DNA from: an uncultured Clostridia bacterium
Lineage (GTDB): Bacteria; Bacillota; Clostridia; Christensenellales; UBA1242
NCBI GenBank assembly: GCA_944348085.1
Contig: CALVMU010000001.1
Location: 1,703-65,702 of the forward strand
Reading direction: 5' to 3'
DNA length: 64,000 bases
Position 1 is the stretch's first letter, and every line of letters begins with the position of its first letter. Under the pieces are notes generated by a model that saw only the letters and a program-made list of their open reading frames with translations, was not told the DNA's origin and searched no databases. The translations under genes were made by a program, and so were the position numbers. Shown one piece after another: positions 1 through 6,965 of the stretch.

Positions 1-106
1 CTGGATTAGTGTTTTCACCATTACCACTTTTGCCAATAAAATACCCTCCAATGCCAGCGCCGACAATAAGCACTAAAACTAACAATGCCAATAATATTTT
101 TTTCAT
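1..106 (-). CDS. N-terminal fragment of a small membrane-anchored protein (gene runs off the left edge)
   Basis: ATG at 106-104 (rc) follows a GGAGAG SD (rc of 111-116). It translates MKKILLALLVLVLIVGAGIGGYFIGKSGNGENTNP with one hydrophobic helix. It is absent from the ORF track because it is truncated. Confidence 0.5.
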   Translation of the reverse strand, partial: MKKILLALLVLVLIVGAGIGGYFIGKSGNGENTNP

Positions 107-136
107 CCTTCTCTCCTTTCTTTCAATGATACTTCT

Positions 137-164
137 ATTTTACCCCCCCCCGCAATTTTGTCAA
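137..164 (-). promoter_or_regulatory. Putative sigma-A promoter with a G9 tract (C9 on + strand, 143-151) inside the spacer
   Basis: The rc reads TTGACA (164-159), then aaattgcGGGGGGGGG (16 nt), then TAAAAT (142-137). It lies about 30 nt upstream of the ATG at 106. Confidence 0.45.
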
Positions 165-236
165 GGATTTTTGCAAATTTAATTAAAAAATATTTAGAAT
201 AAGAAAATGAGATAAAGAAAAGATTGAAAAAGTTTT

Positions 237-683
237 TTATATAAACAGATAAATCACACCGACTATAAAGCTAGCCACAACGCCTGTCACAATAACCGGT
301 CCCGCAATTGTAAACATTTTGACAAAAACTCCATAGACAATGCCCTCATGCTTAAACTCAAGCGCTGGTGAGGTTATTGAATTTGAAAAGCCTGTGATTG
401 GCACAATTGAGCCACCACCAGCAAATTTTCCAATCTTATCATAGACGCCAATACCCGTCAAAAATGATGCCAAAAAGATAAGCACAATAAGCGTGTAAGC
501 CCAAGCCGTTTGTTCTGCCATGGAGGGAAACCAAAGCAAAATAAGGTCGTTGATACCCTGCCCAAGACAGCAAATAAGACCACCCACCCAAAAAGAATTG
601 AAAAGGCTTGGCCATGGTTTTGTTTTTGGAATTTTGGCTTTAACATAGCGGTTATAAGCCTCATTGCGCTTTTTTTCGTCCAT
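237..683 (-). CDS. spoVAC: Stage V sporulation protein AC (SpoVAC/SpoVAEB family membrane protein)
   Basis: 148-aa polytopic protein. The motifs VGGLICCLGQG, GGGSIVPITGFSN and AGPV are typical of the family. The sporulation gene neighbourhood supports the call. Confidence 0.85.
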   Translation of the reverse strand: MDEKKRNEAYNRYVKAKIPKTKPWPSLFNSFWVGGLICCLGQGINDLILLWFPSMAEQTAWAYTLIVLIFLASFLTGIGVYDKIGKFAGGGSIVPITGFSNSITSPALEFKHEGIVYGVFVKMFTIAGPVIVTGVVASFIVGVIYLFI

Positions 684-854
684 AAATTCACCTCTAAATG
701 CTATAACCCAAAGCTCTTGCTTTAGGCGCAGCTTTTGATAACTAATTTATAGACACAACAAAAAAGATTTAAACAAATTTTTATCTAAACTAATCAATCT
801 TTTTTTTTGCATAAATCAAAGTTTTTTATACAAACTAACTGCAGGAGGAAAATT

Positions 855-2420
855 ATGAAAAAACTTATTTTAGCTTCTGTTTGCCTTTTGTCTTGTCTGA
901 CGCTTGTTGGTTGTGGAGGTGTAAGCGACACCGATGCCAACAAAACTTTAAACAACCAGCTCCGTCGCGTTGAAAATGTTTTGTCATCATCAGTTGTTGA
1001 AGGTGTCGGCACGGTAACCCCAAGCGACTTTATCGACAACGAAAGTGGTTCAAAAATTATCGACCAAAAAAACTTATCGCTCTATAACAGCCAAACTGAA
1101 AAAATGCTTAGAGAGCAAATTCTTGACACCACCTCACAAATAAAATCTTATGACCAAAGCTCAATAAAACTTGGCAACGACAAAGCAAGCGCAATCAAGA
1201 ACCTTTCTGAAAACATAAGCAAATATCTGACCTATCTCAACAACTCTAAGAGTGAGCTTAAAAACAGTGTAAGCAAAATCAATCGCAACAACAAAATCAC
1301 AAACACAAACCTTGAAGAATTAAATTCAAATTTCGTCGAGCTCAACAGCAACCTGAAAGAACGCGAGGCATACCTTACAAATCTTTTGGAAGCTCTGCAA
1401 GAGGTTGAAAATATTTATGCTTCATCAAAGACAAGCACTGCTGAAAACACAACATCTGAAAATGCATCAGCAAGCCAAACTGAAAAACAGGCACAAAATG
1501 GGCAAACCAATCGATTTGCACCAAACATTGACACCTACCGCACCAATCCGCCAATATACAACGGCTACAACAACTATGCACGCGGTTATAACAATGCCGC
1601 TGGAAATGGTTATAACTTCGGATACAATTCAAACAACTATAACCGCGCTTATGGATACCGCCCTTATGGCGCAGGATATGGCATGAATGGTTACAATGGC
1701 TATGGTTACGGCTATGGCGCTTATGGTGGCTACGGCTATGGAAATGAAGCGTTTAACCCTGGCAGAAACACCGACACTTACGCACCAATTGAGCGAAATG
1801 TTGACACATACCGCAGTGGTTATCAAGGCACTGACTATTCACCACAAGTTCTTCCTGCAAAACAAAATGAAAACACTTTAAACGAAACCATTGAAAACAA
1901 AACAATGCAAAATGAAAATCAGACAAATGTTGAAAAAAGAGAAAATATGATTCACAAGCAACGAGTCGGCACCCTTCCAAGAAGAAATACAAACCGCAAT
2001 TTTAGAAACCGTTACAATAGAGAAAACGCGCAAAACAACATTGTGATAAATGATGGCGAAAGCGCAGTTGTAACATTGCAAGAAACAGAGACAAATCAAA
2101 GCGCGCAAAGTGCTCAAGAAAATAATTTAAACACAATCTCAAGCGAGACAAAAGATTTAAAACAAAACACAAAAGAGAGTAAAAAAATAAAACAGCAAAA
2201 GAAAATCAAAGACAACAAACAAAGCACTGCTATAAACAAAAATAACAAAAACAAAGAAGAAAAAATTGCAAAAGAAACCTCGTCACCTACAAAAGAAGTG
2301 AGAGAAACCAGCCTTGTTTTCAATTTTCAAAAGCCACCTAGAGCCACAAAAAAAGAGCTAAGCGCACCAAAAATCATTGACAAACCAAATAGTTCAAGCG
2401 AAGGCTCAAAAGTCATGTAG
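855..2420 (+). CDS. Lipoprotein with a coiled-coil N-terminal half, a Gly/Tyr/Asn-rich low-complexity core and a Lys-rich tail
   Basis: AGGAGG SD at 843-848 and ATG at 855. The signal peptide is MKKLILASVCLLSCLTLVGC with an LVGC lipobox. The start at 807 in the ORF track is probably too early. Confidence 0.7.
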   Translation: MKKLILASVCLLSCLTLVGCGGVSDTDANKTLNNQLRRVENVLSSSVVEGVGTVTPSDFIDNESGSKIIDQKNLSLYNSQTEKMLREQILDTTSQIKSYDQSSIKLGNDKASAIKNLSENISKYLTYLNNSKSELKNSVSKINRNNKITNTNLEELNSNFVELNSNLKEREAYLTNLLEALQEVENIYASSKTSTAENTTSENASASQTEKQAQNGQTNRFAPNIDTYRTNPPIYNGYNNYARGYNNAAGNGYNFGYNSNNYNRAYGYRPYGAGYGMNGYNGYGYGYGAYGGYGYGNEAFNPGRNTDTYAPIERNVDTYRSGYQGTDYSPQVLPAKQNENTLNETIENKTMQNENQTNVEKRENMIHKQRVGTLPRRNTNRNFRNRYNRENAQNNIVINDGESAVVTLQETETNQSAQSAQENNLNTISSETKDLKQNTKESKKIKQQKKIKDNKQSTAINKNNKNKEEKIAKETSSPTKEVRETSLVFNFQKPPRATKKELSAPKIIDKPNSSSEGSKVM

Positions 2421-2437
2421 AAATATAAACAAAGAAA

Positions 2438-2463
2438 AGAGCAAATTTTTCATGCTCTTTTTT
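2438..2463. terminator. Bidirectional intrinsic terminator between the lipoprotein gene and sigF
   Basis: AGAGCA-N9-TGCTCT hairpin flanked by an A run upstream and a T run downstream. Confidence 0.55.
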
Positions 2464-2531
2464 GCTTTTTTCAATTTAAAATTTTGCATACTAGCACAAG
2501 ATATTGTTGTTATGCATGCATACTAGCCACA

Positions 2532-3251
2532 TTATATCAGTTTTTTGCGCAAATTCTCTAAAATTTTATTTTCCAGTCTAGAAACCTGCACTTGTGAAAT
2601 TTTAAGCTCTTTTGCAATTTCAGATTGAGTCTTATCAAAATAGAAACGAAGCATCACAATCTTTTGTTCACGCTTATCAAGGTTGTGAATCAGCTCTTTC
2701 AAAGCAATATGGTCAAACATGTCTTCCGCTTGCCCTTCACCTTCCACGCGATCCATCACCAAAAGCCCATCTTCGCCATCTTCAAGTGGACTATAAAGAG
2801 AAACAGGCATTCTTGCAGAGTCCATTGCAAGCACCACTTCTTGTTCTTCAACACCAAAATGCTTTGCAATTTCTTCAATTGTTGGACTTCGTTGATTGTC
2901 AGAAAAAAACTTGTCCACAAATTTGTTTATCTGCAAATTTAAACTCTTCAGCACTCTAGAAACTTTTATCGCTCCGTCATCTCGCATAAATCGTTTTATC
3001 TCACCTATCACCATAGGCACAACATAGGTGGAAAATTTGACATTATAGTCAACTTGAAAATTATTAAGCGCTTTCAAAAAACCTAAGCAACCTATTTGAT
3101 AGAGATCATCATATTCAATGCCTTTGTCTTTAAAACGCTTTATAACACAACGAATGAGCGGAGCATTTTCCTTGAGTAGCACCTCTTTTGCGTCTTGGTC
3201 ACCCTGCTGGGCTTTTTCAACCAAGTTCAAAATCTGTGCATTATCAAGCAT
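2532..3251 (-). CDS. sigF: Sporulation sigma factor SigF
   Basis: Sigma-70 regions 2-4 are readable (DLYQIGCLGFLKA, STYVVPMVIGEIKRFMRD, C-terminal HTH SQVQVSRLE). It is the third gene after spoIIAA-spoIIAB and overlaps spoIIAB by 8 nt. Confidence 0.9.
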   Translation of the reverse strand: MLDNAQILNLVEKAQQGDQDAKEVLLKENAPLIRCVIKRFKDKGIEYDDLYQIGCLGFLKALNNFQVDYNVKFSTYVVPMVIGEIKRFMRDDGAIKVSRVLKSLNLQINKFVDKFFSDNQRSPTIEEIAKHFGVEEQEVVLAMDSARMPVSLYSPLEDGEDGLLVMDRVEGEGQAEDMFDHIALKELIHNLDKREQKIVMLRFYFDKTQSEIAKELKISQVQVSRLENKILENLRKKLI

Positions 3252-3693
3252 TGCTCACCTGCTCTTGCAAGCGATTTATGCGCTTATACATCGTCACACA
3301 AACCCCTTTATCTTCGTTTTGGTCAACATCAACCTTGTCCATAAAGCTTTCCATCACCGCAAAACCCATTCCGCTTCGCTCTTCACTCGGCTTGGTGGTA
3401 AAAAATGGCTCTCGCGCTTTGGCGATATCTTTTATGCCAACACCTTTGTCTAGAACAGTTATTTTCACAAGGTCGCCTTCAATCTCACAGCGCAAAGTTA
3501 TCATGCCATGCCCCTTTGGATAGGCATGCACAACACAGTTTGTCACCGCCTCAGAAACAGCGGTTTTGATATCATTTATCTCATCCAAGCTTGGATTGAG
3601 TTGCAAACAAAATCCAGCAACGCAAACTCTAGCAAACCCTTCATTGACAGAAAGAGCGCTGAAAGTCACTTCCATAAAATTACTTTTTTTCAT
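3244..3693 (-). CDS. spoIIAB: Anti-sigma F factor SpoIIAB (serine kinase)
   Basis: HATPase-type motifs (AVSEAVTNCVVHAY, DKGVGI, ERSGMGF). The start was moved to MKKSNF, which has a GGAGAG SD. Confidence 0.9.
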   Translation of the reverse strand: MKKSNFMEVTFSALSVNEGFARVCVAGFCLQLNPSLDEINDIKTAVSEAVTNCVVHAYPKGHGMITLRCEIEGDLVKITVLDKGVGIKDIAKAREPFFTTKPSEERSGMGFAVMESFMDKVDVDQNEDKGVCVTMYKRINRLQEQVSNA

Positions 3694-3703
3694 ATTCTCT
3701 CCT

Positions 3704-4012
3704 TTAAACAATTTTTGGCATAATGTCATAAAGCCCAGTCATTTTGAAAATTTTTTCCGCCTGTTTTGACGGATTGCAAATATAGATAGGAATATGCCTA
3801 TCTTTCATTTTTTTGTATCGCCCAATTAAAACTCCAATACCAGTGCTGTCCATAAATTCAAGCTCTGAAAGGTCAATTATGATTTGATTGAAATCACCAC
3901 CCGCAAACACATTGTCAAGCGTTATACGAGTGTGAGTGGCAGAATGCTCGTCAAGCTCGCCACACAAAAGCACATAAAGCGTGTTGTTGTAAACCTTGCT
4001 TTTTATTTGCAT
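3704..4012 (-). CDS. spoIIAA: Anti-sigma F factor antagonist SpoIIAA (STAS domain)
   Basis: STAS fold pattern with the phosphorylatable Ser context (DLSELEFMDSTGIGVL). The start was moved to MQIKSK, which has a GGAGAA SD. Confidence 0.9.
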   Translation of the reverse strand: MQIKSKVYNNTLYVLLCGELDEHSATHTRITLDNVFAGGDFNQIIIDLSELEFMDSTGIGVLIGRYKKMKDRHIPIYICNPSKQAEKIFKMTGLYDIMPKIV

Positions 4013-4039
4013 TGCTTTTTCTCCTTCTGTAGTAACGAT

Positions 4040-4087
4040 AACATATTCAGCCTTGCGAAAAATATCCACCTTTGTCAAAAATTGACA
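4040..4087 (-). promoter_or_regulatory. spoIIA promoter region: sigma-H-like elements plus a palindrome of two Spo0A-box-like half sites
   Basis: The sense strand reads TGTCAAtttTTGACA (4087-4073), then AAAGGTGGA, then N14, then GCTGAATAT. The palindrome resembles 0A boxes (TGTCGAA) and the rest resembles sigma-H -35 (AGGAwww) and -10 (GAAT) elements. Confidence 0.4.
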
Positions 4088-4118
4088 TAAAAAAAAGAAA
4101 GCACATTTTATGCTTTCT
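4088..4118 (-). terminator. Intrinsic terminator after the DUF5131 gene
   Basis: On the - strand, AGAAAGCA-N7-TGCTTTCT is followed by T8. Confidence 0.65.
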
Positions 4119-4156
4119 TCTAGTTTTGTGCGCTTATGGTTTGCGCTTAAAGCTTT

Positions 4157-4876
4157 TTATAACAAAAACTCTTTTTGAGCTTTCTGAGCCTGAATTTTGC
4201 CCAATCGGTGCGGAATTTGATAGCGCTTTCCATCTTTGACAAAATTGCTTCCAGTGTCGTAAAATTCAAAGTCAACACCATAACGCTTGCACTGCATTGC
4301 CAAATCTTTAACCCAATCAAAATTCAGTTCTCTTGCGTTTTTATAGTTTTCACCGCCTACTGCAACATGGCTGATTTTGCCAGTTTGAAGATATTTTTCA
4401 ATGTTTATTGCCTCAAGCATTGGCGAGACAATAAGCCCACGATAATCAAGGTCAAGACCAAGCAAAATCGGAATGCGCTCATCTGCGCGTTTTTGATTTT
4501 CAACCGTCACATTTAAATAAAAATTTTTGTAATCCTCTTTAAAATTTTCTGGCAAACTCACCCTTTCAATTCTTTTCGTAATAACCTCAAATTTGACATC
4601 TTGCCTTTGCAAAATCATTTGCCAAACCTTATCACGATAAAGGTCAGCCTCTTCCAAGAAAAAATCACTTGTAAGACACACCATCACATGCGAGCCACTT
4701 TCAAGTTTATATGAACCGTCTCTTTTCTTTTTTACCAGCAAATCAAAATCATTGTTTATGCGAAAAATATTGCTATCAATCCCCCTTTGTTTATCAAAAG
4801 AGAACATATAACAATTTTGACACCCTTCACTCTTTTTGTGACAGCCATGCCACGGATTATACATAAACGATTTCAT
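4157..4876 (-). CDS. Phage Gp37/Gp68-family protein (DUF5131)
   Basis: The N-terminal NPWHGCHKKSEGCQNCY three-Cys motif and the later SDFF / ITKR blocks match the family as I remember it. The start is uncertain (4876 or 4864) and there is no good SD. Confidence 0.7.
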   Translation of the reverse strand: MKSFMYNPWHGCHKKSEGCQNCYMFSFDKQRGIDSNIFRINNDFDLLVKKKRDGSYKLESGSHVMVCLTSDFFLEEADLYRDKVWQMILQRQDVKFEVITKRIERVSLPENFKEDYKNFYLNVTVENQKRADERIPILLGLDLDYRGLIVSPMLEAINIEKYLQTGKISHVAVGGENYKNARELNFDWVKDLAMQCKRYGVDFEFYDTGSNFVKDGKRYQIPHRLGKIQAQKAQKEFLL

Positions 4877-5024
4877 TATTCTTAGTTTATAAAACCAATC
4901 CGCAAAAGTCAATAAAATTCAGTTTCTATTCGACATTATTTGACAATAATAGCAAGAGGTCGGCCTATAATCAAAAAATTAAGATAAACATTTTTAATAA
5001 TTTCCCCTTCCCCCATCTCTTTAT

Positions 5025-5053
5025 TTGACTTTATCATGTTTTTTGTTTAAAAT
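5025..5053 (+). promoter_or_regulatory. Sigma-A promoter for the two small ORFs
   Basis: TTGACT (5025-5030), a 17-nt spacer, then TAAAAT (5048-5053). Confidence 0.5.
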
Positions 5054-5075
5054 TTAAATAATAAAGGAGGCGCCT

Positions 5076-5345
5076 ATGGATGAAAAACAGTTTGCGAGCC
5101 ACATGCTTAAAATTTTGCAAGAAAATATTCAAGATTTCATTTCTTCAAAGCCCGTAATATCTATCAAAAAACCCTTATCTGTTGCGGAATTTGAAAAATT
5201 AAATCTAAATTACAAGAATTTAAAAGCCGAATGCAAAAAACTAAGCATTAATGTTTCAAAAAGAACTTACAAAAAACAGCCCTATATCTTTTTTCAATAT
5301 TTTAACCCTCAATATATGTCTGAGAAAAATAAAATAATATTATAA
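5076..5345 (+). CDS. Hypothetical small Lys-rich protein
   Basis: 89-aa ORF with an AAGGAGG SD 7 nt upstream. No recognisable motif. Confidence 0.55.
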   Translation: MDEKQFASHMLKILQENIQDFISSKPVISIKKPLSVAEFEKLNLNYKNLKAECKKLSINVSKRTYKKQPYIFFQYFNPQYMSEKNKIIL

Positions 5346-5355
5346 AGGAGAAACT

Positions 5356-5550
5356 ATGAGAACATTATTTGATATTTTAGACGAACAGAAACAATTAATT
5401 GAAAAATGCTATGACATTCAACAAGAAGAGCTTAAAAACAACGCACCTTTAAAACAACAAAAACGAACATACAGAGAATTTCAAAAACAAATGAAAAAAC
5501 TTGAAAAAGAAGAAAAAACATGCCTAAAAAACATGAAAAATAACGCATAA
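5356..5550 (+). CDS. Hypothetical small coiled-coil protein
   Basis: 64-aa ORF with an AAGGAG SD. It is tightly coupled to the preceding ORF. Confidence 0.55.
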   Translation: MRTLFDILDEQKQLIEKCYDIQQEELKNNAPLKQQKRTYREFQKQMKKLEKEEKTCLKNMKNNA

Positions 5551-5689
5551 CTGATAGAAAAACATGACATACGAAGAACATATGCAAACAGACCTTTCCT
5601 ATTAATAGATAATAAAAAAAGAGTCCAAAAAGTCAATTCTATTAAAATCAAACCTAAACAAGATGAAATAATCATAAACAACATTGATA

Positions 5690-5733
5690 TAAAAAAATCG
5701 CTATATTCCTTTGTTTTAAAGGCTTACAGCGAT
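5690..5733 (-). terminator. Terminator of the tRNA operon
   Basis: On the - strand, AATCGCT...AGCGATT (with an inner CCTTT/AAAGG stem) is followed by T7. Confidence 0.5.
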
Positions 5734-5742
5734 TTTTCTTTA

Positions 5743-5827
5743 TGGTGGGCAGGGGTGGATTCGAACCACCGAAGACGTAGTCGACGGATTTACAGTCCGT
5801 TGCATTTGGCCGCTCTGCAACCTACCC
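5743..5827 (-). tRNA. tRNA-Tyr (GTA), class II, CCA encoded
   Basis: Cloverleaf read by hand. The anticodon loop is CTGTAAA, the variable arm is long, and the T arm is GGTGGTTCGAATCCACC. Confidence 0.95.
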
Positions 5828-5861
5828 ATAAAATTTAAGCACCTTTTTATAGGTGCTTTTT

Positions 5862-5936
5862 TGGAGCTGGTGAAAGGAATCGAACCTTCAACCTGCTGAT
5901 TACAAGTCAGCTGCTCTACCATTGAGCCACACCAGC
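5862..5936 (-). tRNA. tRNA-Thr (TGT)
   Basis: Acceptor GCTGGTG/CACCAGC, anticodon arm GCTGA-CTTGTAA-TCAGC, CCA encoded. Confidence 0.95.
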
Positions 5937-6022
5937 ATAAGATTTAAATGATTTTTTGTTTATATTATGGGGGTAATAGTGGAATGATTAAAAATGGGGG
6001 ATGTCATTCCACAGACCACCAG

Positions 6023-6098
6023 TGGTGCCCTAAGGTGGAATCGAACCACCGACACAAGGATTTTCAGTCCTTTGCTCTACCGACTGAGCTATCAGGGC
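6023..6098 (-). tRNA. tRNA-Phe (GAA)
   Basis: GCCCTGATAGCTCAGTCGGTAGAGCAAAGGACTGAAAATCCTTGTGTCGGTGGTTCGATTCCACCTTAGGGCACCA. Confidence 0.95.
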
Positions 6099-6113
6099 AA
6101 AATCTTTTTTCTG

Positions 6114-6296
6114 TCGATTCCACCTTAACGAAATCGAACCACCGACACAGCTCCGAAAACTACGCTCTCAGGCTACGGTTTGTCAAAGTCAAACCTCTCC
6201 GCCTTCTCTTGTTTCCTCCGCTCCCCAAAAGAACTTCCGTTCTTTCGTGGCCCCCTCTCTCAGTCCTTTGCTTTTGCCGAACTGAGCTATCAGGGC
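6114..6296 (-). repeat. tRNA-Phe-derived structured unit X1 (tRNA 5' half, ~125-nt insert, T-arm 5' part, fold-back); not a functional tRNA
   Basis: It begins with GCCCTGATAGCTCAG...AAAGGACTG, matching tRNA-Phe. The insert starts inside the anticodon loop. It ends with GTGTCGGTGGTTCGATT followed by TTAAGGTGGAATCGA, the rc of the T-loop/acceptor junction. There is no 3' acceptor strand. Confidence 0.75.
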
Positions 6297-6310
6297 ATCA
6301 ATAACATTTT

Positions 6311-6499
6311 TCGATTCATTTTTATAGTGTCATCAGAATCGAACCACCGACACTTGCTCCGAAAATTGTGCTCTAGGCTTTTTGCTTTCAGCAAATTAAG
6401 CCACTTTCGCTCATTTTCTTCGCTTCCCCAAAAGGCTTAACAGCCTTTCGTGGTCCCCCTTAGCAGTCCTTTGCTTTTGCCGACTTAAGCTATCAGGGC
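6311..6499 (-). repeat. tRNA-Phe-derived structured unit X2 (paralog of X1)
   Basis: Same architecture as X1. The long hairpin 6426-6453 differs from the X1 hairpin 6223-6250 by three compensatory base-pair changes. Confidence 0.75.
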
Positions 6500-6522
6500 G
6501 AAATTTTTGACCCTTTGGGTCT

Positions 6523-6599
6523 TGGCGACTCGGATGGGGCTCGAACCCACGACCTCCAGCGTGACAGGCTGGCGTTCTAACCAACTGAACTACCGAGCC
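6523..6599 (-). tRNA. tRNA-Asp (GTC)
   Basis: GGCTCGGTAGTTCAGTTGGTTAGAAC..CCTGTCACG..GGGTTCGAGCCCC..CCGAGTCGCCA. Confidence 0.95.
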
Positions 6600-6636
6600 A
6601 CATATCGTGACTTTGTTTCCTCGACATAGCTTGTCT

Positions 6637-6713
6637 TGGTGGGCCTTCAGGGACTCGAACCCCGGACCGACCGGTTATGAGCCGGTTGCTCTAACCAACT
6701 GAGCTAAAGGCCC
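6637..6713 (-). tRNA. tRNA with CAT anticodon (elongator Met or lysidine-dependent Ile2; not an initiator)
   Basis: The anticodon arm is ACCGG-CTCATAA-CCGGT. A G1-C72 pair is present and the three-G:C initiator signature is absent. Confidence 0.9.
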
Positions 6714-6740
6714 ATAAGAAGAGTCAAACTCATCAAGGAA

Positions 6741-6816
6741 TGGTCGGGGTGGAGAGGCTCGAACTCCCGACCTCATGGTCCCAAACCACGCGCGCTACCA
6801 ACTGCGCTACACCCCG
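6741..6816 (-). tRNA. tRNA-Pro (TGG)
   Basis: CGGGGTGTAGCGCAGTTGGTAGCGCGCGTGGTTTGGGACCATG... Confidence 0.95.
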
Positions 6817-6836
6817 ATGAATAAGTTTGCGAAGAT

Positions 6837-6865
6837 ATTTTAATATAAATAACAAAATATGTCAA
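6837..6865 (-). promoter_or_regulatory. Sigma-A promoter of the tRNA operon
   Basis: The rc reads TTGACA (6865-6860), a 17-nt spacer, then TAAAAT (6842-6837). It lies about 20 nt upstream of tRNA-Pro. Confidence 0.65.
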
Positions 6866-6965
6866 GAAAAATCGCAAAAATTTTTTATTTTTTTTAAGTT
6901 TATTCTTCCCCTTGCTTTAAGAGGAAGAAAAACTAATACATTTTATGCAAACTTACACCTCTGTG

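Noticed and set aside
2486-2526. Direct repeat tgcatactagc x2 downstream of sigF
   Set aside because: It is short (11 bp), has only two copies and has no obvious structure or partner. It was noted but is not strong enough to call a feature.
5740-6440. ORF-track ORFs 5740-5922 (-), 5948-6304 (+) and 6180-6440 (+), the latter two with a recurring ESNHRH peptide
   Set aside because: They run through tRNA genes and the tRNA-derived units. The ESNHRH repeat is just the translated antisense of the T arm (gaatcgaaccaccgacac). None has an SD, so they are spurious.
6114-6499. X1/X2 considered as intron-containing tRNA-Phe genes (group I intron), as tmRNA, or as a hammerhead ribozyme
   Set aside because: The 3' exon (anticodon-stem 3' strand, T-stem 3' strand and acceptor 3' strand) is missing. 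The ~125-nt insert is too short for a group I intron and lacks P7/P3-like cores that I can see. There is no Ala-type acceptor or tag ORF for tmRNA. CUGAGAG and CUGCUAAG do not fit the CUGANGA hammerhead core.
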